The notes below the pieces were generated by a model. The model was given only the letters and a program-made list of their open reading frames with translations, made no database searches and was not told the DNA's origin. A program made the position numbers and the translations under genes. A stretch of 64,000 nucleotides of DNA from Sphagnum compactum (lineage: Eukaryota): contig OZ234494.1 in assembly GCA_965153455.1 (NCBI GenBank), forward strand, positions 1,116,001 to 1,180,000, read 5' to 3'. The stretch's first letter is position 1; each line of letters begins with the position of its first letter. Shown here piece after piece: positions 13,867 through 25,759 of the stretch.

Positions 13867-16800
13867 CTATGCCAAAGAAGGCCTTCGGTTAGAAAGTTGT
13901 TCATTTGTGACAAAAAGACCATGGAAGCCATAAGGAATTCGATGTGGCAACTTGAGAGATGTAACTATTTCAAGAGTTGGTGAACGTGCATCTAAAATAA
14001 GGAGTTTTGATACATTGGCAGTTTCGTCATGGTAATATGTGAGGATGTAGCCATCATCCTCCAAAATAGACGGATCCGTACTACGGGGTACAAAATAGGG
14101 TTCACTACAATAACAATTTGCTGGGAATTTTTGCCAACCAACAACAGCTTGTTGTGTAACATCATTATTTTGTGAAGCTTCCAAGTCGAATTTGGCTATT
14201 CCTCCATATTTCGGGAATGGTCCTGACAATACTCCATACACATATCTTGTCTTCTTACATTGATACATCTTGTTGAATTGTCCACCATCAAAGTTGGCAT
14301 TACTTGCAACCTCTTGTTTATATGCTTTTCCTGTCTTGAGGTTGAGATGAAATGTTGCTAACCGCAATTCAAGTTTGTCCGGATGCTGAAAAGTGAAATG
14401 GATTGGTGATAGTGTAGATCCAACCACAACAATCTCATCACCCTCCTCCCAAGCATTCACATAGTGGAAACATGTGCTATCCGGAAGGTCAAACCACTTG
14501 ATTCTTGCTTCTGTTGTGGCATTCCTTGGCAACACTCCAAACCTAGGGATCTTTTTATCATCAATGCAAACTGGTGATTTTGCATTGAACATCTCCTGCA
14601 AGAAAAATGTGGATTTGAAGACACCATAATATAATATGTCAAAAGTCTTAGATACCCATTCACATGGATGGACTCTATTTATATTTACCTCATCTTGGCC
14701 TCACATAAAAACATAACAAATGCATTTCCCTGAGAATGGTTGAACTTATGTAAAGGTCATAATTACCTTTAACATGATCAATGGAAGAAAAGAAGTCTTG
14801 AATCATTTGAAATGTCATATTGTTGCAACTCAAGTGCATGCTTGCATTCTAACTACAAAAAAAAATCAATTTTATTTGGTGAGGCCATAGATACCTGCAA
14901 GCGAAAGACAATTTGAGTATCTGGAAACACTATGTATTTGCTTGTGATTGCAAAGTCATGTATGAGACATGGTTCCGGAAGAGTGATGTTCACATTTGCA
15001 TGTTTTCTCCCATCAACTGAAATTTTGAAGAGTGTTAGGTATGGAGCTTGGAAAAAGTTGACACTGTAACTGAACATCTCCCCTGTTTTAGGATCAATCT
15101 TTGGATGCGCAGTCTTGTTGGTAGCTTTGAGTGCTCCATTAAAATCGTATCTACAACCAGAAGGTATAATACAATTGATCTCTATGTGAACCATGCCCAT
15201 GTCAGTTGCAAGCACAACATTGGATGTAATAGTCCTCAAACAATAATTTAATGCCCTTACTCTGTGTTCTATTGTAGTTTTTGACAATTAGTCATACATT
15301 TGTGCCAAGAAGATGGATTACTTGGAATTTTATATTTTCCAATGTGATTGAGTAACCTGCACCTACATTTAATCAATGAATGAAATGCCTTCAGATAATG
15401 TATGATACATCATTCACAGTCATCAGTTCGAAGACTCAAACAATATGGGGGAACTTTTTGTTGATTGTTTTCATAAACGGAACATCTAGGTCAAATCCTT
15501 CACTTTGACTGGCAGGTTAATAGAAGCCCATTCTCCTCAAAGGGCAAGGCAACCCTGCCTTCAAAATATTTGGCCCCAGGTGTTTTTTAATCGCAATTTT
15601 TTGCCATTTTTGGACCTAGATACAAAGGATTTTCAATGAAAAAATGGGTGAAATTCACCAGATATGTATGATAAGTTCCAGCAGGTAGCCAAATAATAGA
15701 AGGATGATTATTTTTTCTTTGGCTATATCACAAAATTGGACAAAGAAAACACTCTGCCCAATAGTCTAAAAACTTAGAAATTTACAGTTAGATTATTGTA
15801 GTAACATAAAAGAATCAATCAGACTCTTGTTCAACCAGGGGGAAAGTGAACAAGCACATCTGAAAGTCAGCTAGGGAATTCCAAGCTCTCCTTGAATTCT
15901 ATTTGTATAGGTGTTCTAATACGGAAAGGGAATGAAGCAGAGTTCGTTTGTAAACAAACTCTGAACCAGTGTACTAGTTAGTGGTGGAATGTTGCCAGAT
16001 TTCACCCATGAAATGGATTTGGCAACCATATGGCTTAAATTTTGATGGTGTTTTTGAGGCAAAATCATTAAATGGTTTGGAGAGCTGGCCTCCTAGTTCA
16101 GCCAGACTCATTGTGTACTATCGCCCCCAGAGTCCAGACAGGAGTGTCAATTTAGACACAATCATAGAAACTTACAAACTTCCATTGCACACCATTGTGA
16201 GGTTAATGACAATAGTCTTTGAGAATAGAGGAAGTTTAGAGCTGAACCGGAGATTTTCAAAGTGCTCTGGTGGGTGCTAAACCAGCTATTACATGCAAGT
16301 CTGGAATCCCAACAGCTAAGGGAAAGGTCCCACGAGGCTTAAGGAACAGAGTGCAAGACACCAAACAAAAGCGTTTAAGGACTCGAGAGTGCAAGAGAGC
16401 AAACAAGAGACTTCAGTACTCAGGAGAGCAAGACACCAAACAAGAGCCTTAAGGAAGTCTAGAGAGTGCAACAGACTCCACGCGAGACTTAAGGACTCCA
16501 GAGTGCAAGAGAGGAAACAAGCTCGACTGTGCACCAGCGAAGTCGCGGGACAAACTAGATCACGGGGTTTTGTTGGGAAGAACTCAGAACCTACCTTCCA
16601 ATGGTGCGGAGGTCTCCATCGTCTGTGATATGAACGGCATAAGGTTGATCATCCTCCGACATTGCCAGCAATTTGCCATTGAAGAACGCCAAGCCTGCAT
16701 TGGCAGTCCCGGTACCACCAGCAGGGTCAAGCACACCTAACGTAGCTCGAAGACCAAACAGTGCTAAGCGTGGCAACCCAATCAACCCGTGTATCTCCCC

Positions 16801-18305
16801 CATCATCTTCGGAAACAAAGGCCTTCCTGCCTTCTCCTCTTGTATAACCTAGTGCAGTTCAAGTTCACACCAAGTACAACACATGATTGCAATAAGTCCT
16901 TCTGAGCTTCATCATTTCTGGAGCTTCATTTAACTAGAACAATCGGGTAGAGTACATCCTGTTTCTATGGGACCCTAATCGTCTCTTTCCACTAGGCTGC
17001 TTACGGCACACTGCGTGTAACTGTGATCACAGCAGCCTAATGGAAGGCCATGACATAGGGTCTTGTTTCTTACTGCACTCACAGTCACTTTCCAACTCTA
17101 ATGAAAATAAGTAATTAATCATGTTAGGAACTCTGGAAATGCATGTTCTAATGAAAAGCCCTTCATATAGCGATTTGGTGGAGGGTTAGTCGTTTTCCAT
17201 TGGAGACCTGCAAATTGTGATGAAAATATGTAATTAATCATGTTAGGAACTCTTGAAACACATGTTCTGATGGGAAGCCACTAACATAGGGTCTTGTTTC
17301 TTGCTGCATGGACAGTGGCTTTTTTTTGGAGAGCTGCAACAGTAATGAAAATATGCAATTAATCATGTTAGATACTCTGGAAACATGTTCTCTTGAAGGA
17401 ATACACAGATGTCATCGTATGGTGAGTCACTGTTTCACTCCTAGGTCTTAGCGCTCCTGAAATTGACCGGTAGAGCTGTGAGATGACTGTGAGCACACCT
17501 AATGGATCACAGCAGCCTAATGGAAAGATGTCCTTCGTGCGTACCTGTTGGTGCGAATGTAGCGGCAGCAATAGGTGGCTTTACCGTCGCGGAACTTGAC
17601 AATGTGCAGCATACCGTCGCCATCGAAGTAATGGTAACCAAAGCCCGGCTCATGGCGAGGATTGGCACCATTTCTCAAATACACCCCGCCATTCAAGCAG
17701 CTGGGGATAGTCCCGGACTCAATCTCCACGTTCTCGTCCGGAGGGCATTCACGATCAACAGGTGCGAAATTTCCAACCGTGAACATCTCTGGGGCAGATG
17801 GGTTTATCAGAGGTGATACCGTTGTCGATCGGCCTACTTCTATCCAAGTCGCTAGTAATGTCTCAGCCGTGTTCAAAACTGCTTTCTCGATTAAATTACC
17901 GCCAGCTACTGATGATGCTGCTGCTGAGATCCGAGGTCCCACTTCCGCGATCTGAGCTCGAACTTCTCTTCTTGTTGTTGCAGCAGCCTCTCTGCGCGCC
18001 GAGTTCGAGTCATCAAAAGATGTCAACTGCAACTCCCTAACTACACGATTGCTACGAGTAATTCCAACTTGAATATGCTTCAATTGCGCATTCATGAAAA
18101 CTGCATGAGATGGGTTATAAGTACTCATGCTCCGTTTCCAGATGAATGCAGGTGTAGGCAGCGAGCTAGTCGGTGATCTCCAATTACAAATTGCAGTATA
18201 TGATATTGTTCTCTCCCGGGCTGCACCAGCTGCAGAATACTGACTCGGCAAGGCAATTGCAGGACTAGTACTCGGAAACAACATAGTACTCACGTGGAAC
18301 GCCAT
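13867..18305 (-). pseudogene. NCED/CCD4-like carotenoid cleavage dioxygenase, copy 1 (frameshifted)
   Basis: Exons 18305-17545, 16848-16595, 15150-14895, 14595-13867 with GT-AG introns. Motifs [20 protein letters not shown] and four Fe-binding His ([23 protein letters not shown]). Exon 2 is 254 nt versus 255 nt in copy 2 (ggttataca vs ggttcataca), which shifts the frame to an early TGA. Confidence 0.85.
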
Positions 18306-19579
18306 GATGCTCAATATCTTTACTACTACTGCCAAGGACGTCTCCTGAAGTAGCTACTAGCTAGCTCTCTCTCCCCAGTCCCTCAACCTCAGCTGAATTT
18401 TTTTGCAACAGCTAGCTTCACTACATGAGCTTTCACACTCAAATTATCTCAGGCTTGAAAGATCTACTGCAACAGCACCCCATATCATCTTCTCATTCTT
18501 CTTCTTCACAAACGAACTTTGGAATCCACAAAATCAGTCATATAGTTATGATCACCTATTCCAAAGAAACACAAATCCTAATCCTTCACATCGCAACAAC
18601 AACAACAACTTCTATTATCAAATTATCCACCAAAGATCCTTGACTGGTCATAAGCTTGCCCAAAAAAATTTATAAAAATTCTGTAACCCTCCAACCACTT
18701 TGAAAACGAAGTGATCAACAAAGAAGCGCTACAAAAATGCCACAAAGGACAGATTAGATAGAGTGGGGAAGCAAAGAGCCTGCATAGGCCTGTGTTTTAC
18801 ATGATTCTGTTGATTTACGGAACTGCAGATCATATCCTTTCCCCCCCCCCCAATCCTGGTACTTTTTGTGTGTTCATTTGCATGCAGGTACACTTTTTCC
18901 CACTAGAAGCTCCAAGTCGTCAAGATGCCGCAGGGGTCACTGACATGCAATGGGTCGGTCACTTTTACATTTCAATGAAAATGAGGGAAAAACAATTACC
19001 TCAGTCCAAGCTAAGGGATTTTGTTTGATGGTTTTACTTCTGGAAGTAAATTTATAAAACGTTTAAGAAATAAACCAGGCTCACCAAAACAAATATTTGG
19101 AATGGTTATAAAATTTGAAAAAATCGAATATCTATTGAATATATTTTCATTATTGGTTAGTTATCATATTTTATCCTATTTATAAACAAAATAAGTAAGT
19201 ACCGCCTTGCCTTAAGGCAAAAGAAGAAATAAGGACACTCAAATATTTCACCAGAGAAGAATATAATCTTCAAAAAATCCTCTAAAAGAAACCAAAATCC
19301 TTCAAGATATTTTAACTCTATAACAACTTTCAACACAAGCCAAAATATAATCTTTCAAAGATCCTCTTATACAAATAGACCTATTACCTAAGGGCCAAAA
19401 TCCATTAGGCTCCTATAATCTATAATGAATCTAAACACAATATTCTTGCGTTGGTAGGCAAGGCCAATAAACAACAAGAGACATTTATCTCATCTTTAGT
19501 TCAGAATTACGGTAGTTACCCAAAAAGTACCCATCTCAGCCTCTGATTCCACTTGCATATGTCAACTTTCCAGTTGACG

Positions 19580-20563
19580 TCCAAGCTGCTGGAATCTGCT
19601 GCCTCCCCTTGCAATTGGGATTTATAAATAGCTTCTGCCACAAACAGGAAGCGATCTCTCCATCTAATATATTAAAGCAAACGTGGTGTCTGTCTGTCTG
19701 TGTGGACAAAAATTGGGCAGTGCCTGGAAGATTCTTCCAGTCACTGCCCGTTCCCTGGTGTCTGTCTGTCTGTCCAAAATATCGCGGGCAGGGCAATCTA
19801 ATATATTAAAAGTTAAACCTACCTACTTAACTGCCTTAAATTTTTGGTTGGTACAGACAGTTGGTAGGAAAAGAAGGGAGGTAGGTAGGTAGGTAGGTAA
19901 GTGTGAAAGAGAGGTAGGAGGAGAGGTAGCCAGGTAGGTAGAAAAAGTGGGTAAGAAGACAAGATAGGTAGGTAGGAAGGAGAGGCAGCCAGGTAGGTAG
20001 AAAAGGTGGGTAGGGAGACAAGGTAGGTAGCTAAGAAGAAAGGAGAGCCAGCCAGGTAGGTGGAAATTGTGGGTAAGAACACAAGGTAGGTAGATAGGTA
20101 GGAAGGAAGGAGAGCCAGATAGGCAGGTAGAAAAGCAGGGTGAGAAGTCAAGGTAGGTAGGTAGGTAGGTAGGAAGGTAGGAAGGTAGGTAGGAGAGGCC
20201 AGGGCAGCCGCTGCGGGGGCCCGGGCGAGGTGCCACGGGTGGCTGGAGTGGCGTAGCCACGGGTTGCCCTCACTCGTTCCACTTGAAGTCCAAGCTGCTG
20301 GAATCTGCTGCCTCCCCTTGCAATTGGGATAACAACTTGGCCACCTTTAGCCTGGGATTTATAAATAGCTTCTGCCACAAACAGGAAGCGATCTCTCCAT
20401 TCCACTTGAAGTCCAAGCTGCTGGAATCTGCTGCCTCCCCTTGCAATTGGGATAACAACTTGGCCACCTTTAGCCTGGGATTTATAAATGGCTTCTGCCA
20501 CAAATAGGAAGGTTCTCCATCGCATGAAAGGTTGAGAATTGACGTATTTCATCATCCATCTTT
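19580..20563 (-). other. rbcL: 123-bp tandem repeat containing a plastid rbcL-derived fragment (NUPT-like)
   Basis: Minus strand reads [10 protein letters not shown](T/DR)[13 protein letters not shown], matching RuBisCO large subunit [26 protein letters not shown]. Units start at 20278 and 20401 (period 123), with a deleted third unit at ~19580-19662. Confidence 0.85.
19663..20276 (+). mobile_element. Non-autonomous Helitron
   Basis: Inserted between A and T without a target duplication (removing it restores the repeat junction ctcca|ttccacttg). 5' end TCTAATATATTAAA, 3' hairpin GTGGC-gta-GCCAC, terminal CTCG (variant of CTRR); TAGG-rich interior. Confidence 0.8.
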
Positions 20564-21427
20564 GCACAAGGTAAGGGACTTATAAAGTTCTCTACTTTTG
20601 TATATCCCCTTCTACTGATTGGAGCCTTCATTAATAAAGTACACTCCATCCATGTGATAGGTCAGGTTTCATGCAATTTACTTTTTCCCCTCGAAATTGG
20701 GACAACTACATGGCCCCCCCCACCTTTATCTGTGCCCAATGAGTAAGGGAGTCATAAGATTCTCTCATTTTATGCATCCCCTTCTCCCCATCCGAGCCTT
20801 CATTAATAAAGTTTAGCAAGCTTACTGCACTAATAGACTTTAAGACAATGTTGTGTCAATTTCTTAGGAATATAGTACATTACATCCATGCGATAGGTTA
20901 GTTGTGAAAATTTTATTTTCATTGGCAGAAGATTGTGTACTTCTAGAGACTTCAAAAATTTGTTGAATCAATTTCTTAAGAGTAGAGTGCACTCCGTCCA
21001 TCTGATAGGTCAGTTATAGTGTTAAAGTTCTTTTTTGGGTTGGCAGCAGACATTTTACTCATAGCTCAAGCAGGTCTTGCAAGTGTGACAAGTTAAATGC
21101 AACACAATCTTCAATATAAGTTTGGGCATGCTTGTTACAGATGGTGCCAATAAAATATTTTGGTAAGTCTCAGGTAAGACTTTACATGACATTATTGATG
21201 TGCATCGTACAACAATTTTCACATTTGATCCATCATTTGTCACCATCTATCCGGGCTTACATTCTCATCTATTGTCTTTATGGAATTTCAACTTTTTTGA
21301 ACAACTTTCTGGAGCAATCTTTGTTAGATTTTCCATGGTTCCCTTTTGGAGGCTTAGAGAATAGGGTCATCAAAAAATGGGTTTCATTCGCTGTTCAGAC
21401 TAATTGGTTATTGAAACTCTTTAGTAC

Positions 21428-21763
21428 TAAGCTCAATTTCAGTGAATCCTGAAATTAGTTCATACCTGAGGCAGAGCTGAGCGGCACTTCCAACTGGCTT
21501 TTATGCTCTGAATTTGGTTTCTCTACTACTTTAGTAACCTTCTCTAAGCTAAACTTTCAATTGGGTTTTTTCAATGTTCCAAAATTGTTAGTGGCCTACA
21601 AAAGACAAAAAGAAAAGCTCCAGAGAAGTGGCATGGGAGTTTTGTAGACTGTTTTGAAGCTTTTTGAGATTGTGAGACTTTTGTGGAACTTAGTAACTGT
21701 TTTGGAGTTGAACACGTCGTTTGCAGGGCCCAAACTATATCTCACTTAATCTTAGTTATAACC
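21428..21763. repeat. Inverted repeat of 28238-28572
   Basis: About 335 bp matches the reverse complement of 28238-28572 (e.g. tctactactttagtaaccttctctaagctaaactttcaat). Confidence 0.85.
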
Positions 21764-23199
21764 AGCAGAAAAAAGGGGGCAAGTGCCATAGCTGAGGAAT
21801 GTACATGGGCCCATAAAAAAGTGGCCGTGAAAGTTCAACTTGCTGCATGGAATTGAAACCAATGTTGTGGGTATCTAAGGCCCACTTTAGACAAGGGTCC
21901 AGGGTCCAATTTCCTAGGAACCAATTTGGACTGATTTGAAGCAAATTGAATCCTTGAGTTGGACTGTATCTTTGTCCCTAGCCTAATTCTTGGTTCTCCA
22001 CATCAGGAGCTCTCCTTTGGCACTGTTTTTGTGTCTAAACCAATTGATTTTCCCTCCAAAATAGCTGCCATGTAGGTTTAGCCTCAATTTGCCACTTTTT
22101 GGTCTTGGACCCTTCTCTTAAGGCCTTGGGACCAACTTAAAGCTTTTGACAATAAGATTGCTTGAATTCATTGGTCCCTGGACTTTGGTCCCTCGTCTAA
22201 AGTCGCCCTTAGAATCAACTACAGAACTTTTAAACCGATTTTCCTCAAAAACCCAGAATCGCTGATTCTTTGATTCTGAAAGTTTTAAATCACCAGAACT
22301 GCTTGTTATTTAAAAAATCAAATAACTACACAACACTGATTGAAACCAGGAAAATATTAAACAGGCCAAAAGAAATGAATGCAGTCAGTACAAAAGTGCT
22401 GCTGCGATATTTTCCTCCAGTCTGCCCATTTGCCCCATCCATATTTTCTCAAGTGACACACAGGCATGTTTTGTACTCGTAACCTCATATAATACGGCAT
22501 GTTTTGCACTTGTAACCTCACATAACATGCCAAGTAATATGTTACATACCCCTTTATACCTCTCATGTGTTCAACCAGGACCCCATAGGTAATTGTCTTT
22601 TATTGAGCTGTGCCTTTAATAAAGGACTGCACATTCACCTGGTGGAATACCTTAATGTTATATCTTGCATGTACCTTGTGGACAGACATAGGTTATCTTT
22701 TAGGAAACCTGACCAGGGTTTTTTATATAAAATATAAAATGTGCACAAGTGGCAATAGGATATCCCTCTAATATGCCTAACTGACTTCTTTTGACAGAGG
22801 ATTATGTGCTTCTTGATCATTTGTTGAGTCAGTTTTTGGTACACATGGATCTTTCAAAATAGTCCAAAGTGGCTATTCATGTTTTTTAGAAATAAGTTCA
22901 CGTGGCACCCACAAAATATTTCAAGTAAGTCTCATTGGCACCCCAGCCACAAAACCACTGAAGAATGTGGCTCCATTATTGAAAAGGAAGGAGAAATAAA
23001 GACAAAAAGTGACATTGATGCATCAAAGTTCAAAATTTCAAACTTACAAACTAACACAAATATTTCGAAGGGGAGTTGAACCCCACTCTAATATCAGACT
23101 TTGTCCAATGTAAACTCAAAGTCTCATCCATCACACCCAAATGTCAATAAATCTCATAATCTCATAAGGAACCAAACATAATCACAATTCATTGGACTT

Positions 23200-25000
23200 G
23201 TCCACATCATGAAAACATGAACACTTGAGGCTAGGGTTGTGAGAAGAATAGAACTTGTTAAGTGGTAGCACCAAGCATGGTAATAACCTCTTAATAAAAG
23301 AAGGTATATTGAATATAAAACTCTTGTGCAAACATGCGGAGAGTTGCGTCCAAATTGAACCTATTCGATTGTGCATTTTAACTCTCATGAATGCAAGTGT
23401 GTGGAGAAACTCCATTCATCTTCTATAAATCTAAGCATTGATATCATTACAATTTCAACTAACTTCAAATATTCACTTAGTTGTTGAATGAACAAGTCAT
23501 TATTGTTGATTGTGACCCACAACTTAGTCATTATATTAATATCAAATGGTTCAACATGGCCTTTGGCACATGCATCTTCATGAACTTAAAGAAGCACATT
23601 TGCAAATTCAAGAGGTTGGCATTCAAAGGTTTAACAACTTGTAACACCAGGGGTTTCACCTTCTTTGCTTCACAATAATTTTTCTTTATGATAATGAAAT
23701 GTAAAGGGAAAAAATTCAACATCAAGCTACATCCAAAATTGTGGATACATAATGTTGAAGACATTTATCAACTCAAAATCTAGAAATTGTTAATCTAATT
23801 CATTGATGAACATTTAGTTACAACAAAACATTGACCTTTCACATGCATGATGGATGTCTCAAAAGCATACTTTCACATAGGTTCATTAGCCCCTACAAAT
23901 GGATTGAAAATCTGAGTTCAATAATTGTGACCAACCATACCTAAACAATTGTTTCCACACCATTGTCAGGTTAGTAACCCAATCTTAGGTGATTGTGGTG
24001 GAATTTTTTTCCACCACATCTTAAAACACTTGGATTTAACGCTAACAGGTAGTTGTTGGATTTGGCAACATAAGGAGATTTGGCAACATATTTGGCAAAT
24101 CTTTACAGCTATTACAAAGTCACAAATGAAGACTTCCTTCCTTGGGTGAAAGCACAATTAGGTGGACTATTTGGATTGTCATAATTGTAATTTTTTAAGA
24201 TTATAAATGGACTTAAAATGTAAAATCATATCAAACATTAAAATTTTCAATTTTTTCATTATCCATGTTATATTATACTTTATTGAAAATACTATTAAAA
24301 ATTATGGATGAGTTTTAATAAGAGAATGGACTCGTTGTGGACTTTTGAAATAATGACATTATGTTTGTCACACACAAAATGAAAAATGTGGACTCAAAAT
24401 ATGTCATAGTAATATCAAAATTAAAATTAAAAAGTAGCCGCCATAAAATGAATAATTTTATTGTATTATGCATTGAAATTTTTCCAATATAATTTTTTTT
24501 CATATTTAAAAATTTAACACGTGATTTTCATCATTTTTTACAATTGATATTCCATTTCACATTGAAATCTTTAGTTTTTTTTCTAAATTTCTTGACCAAT
24601 CACATGTTTAAGGATATTTATAGGGTGTTCTATTAATATTTGTGACGAAAACCATAAGGGATTATTATAGGACTTATAGTATGATAATTATTTTAAATAC
24701 AGGAATTATAGCTAATGTAAGATGTGGACGCTTCAAAATGTCAAACATGAACCATTTAACCATGCTTTTACCCCCCTTACGCAACTTGATCAAAACATTG
24801 ATTGCTTCTAATAATGGTAGCAAATAAAACAAGCCTAGCAATGTGTGGAAATCACAAAAAAGGTTTAGATTCAACCTTGCTTGAACAACAAATACACTAT
24901 CACAATCAATGTCTTATACTTTGCCATCACACATTTCAAAAGCTTCAACATGTTTATCCACTAAGTCTTCACATTTTGCCAAATTTTTGGGCCCTTATAT
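23200..25000 (-). mobile_element. Highly decayed hAT transposase relic
   Basis: Near 23360-23470 the minus strand reads KLVEIVMISMLRFIEDEWSFSTLAFMRVKMHNRI, resembling the hAT C-terminal ER-x-FS...K...RNRL dimerisation motif. The rest is riddled with stops; boundaries are approximate. Confidence 0.55.
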
Positions 25001-25759
25001 CCATGATCCTAACAAGTTTAGTGAATTCCAAATGTTGTTTAAGAAAGCTGAAAAAATAAAAATACAATGACTACAACAAATTCCAACTAACCACAATACC
25101 CAAATTTGAATAACAAGATTCATATAATATTACAATTTCCAATTTTCTTTGAAAAAACATGTGGGGAGATGTGGGGCGTCCCAATTTTTGGGGTGTTTGG
25201 TATGGATATAGCAGGCCAGTTGCCAAAATAAAAGGAAAATGTAATAAAACTTTATGAATCATTCCCTTAATCAAAAAAGAAAAAAATCAATTTGCAAGAA
25301 ATTGTGTTACCAAAAACAAACCACACAAGGTATTTACAAAGGTATAGTCAAAAGACAAGATCTTAAGTAAAAAGATATGATTCTTAATCATATGCTTAGA
25401 CTTCAATCAAAATTGAATTAAGGATAAACTTTTCAACACTTGCCCTTAAACACTACATTCATATCCTAAATGAGAAATCATCAATATAATCAATCATCCC
25501 TTCATCATATCTTAAATTTTTAACTAGATCAACTATTACTTATGTTTGTATCCCTTTCAGGGAGTTCTTTAACCTAGACTCCATCTTCCTTTTGTAAAAA
25601 CGACACATCAATTGCATTTCTATATTTCACATGTTTATTTTTAGAAACTTTTAGACCTAGGAAGTCAACAAACGTTTTTTTAGTGTTGTTAAGACATGAG
25701 GTGCATTCCCCTAGTCTCTAATTTTTTTCAATAAAATGTGTTTGGCTCTTGCATGAAAT

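Noticed and set aside
15981-16280. Extra CCD exon or nested gene in intron 2 (with counterpart 39850-40219)
   Set aside because: Exons 2 and 3 join in frame without it, and the open frames are not conserved between the two copies.
19819-20260. LPTY/YLPT-rich ORFs (also 10333-10515 and 44443-44817)
   Set aside because: Products of (CCTA)n simple repeats.
20278-20520. CRISPR-like or regularly spaced array
   Set aside because: Units are contiguous tandem copies without unique spacers, the context is eukaryotic and no cas genes are present. The same applies to 30900-31150, 47965-48045 and 51515-51975.
20148-20567. Functional nuclear rbcL gene
   Set aside because: Only about 30 codons match RbcL, with indels, and the ORF runs into Helitron simple repeats.
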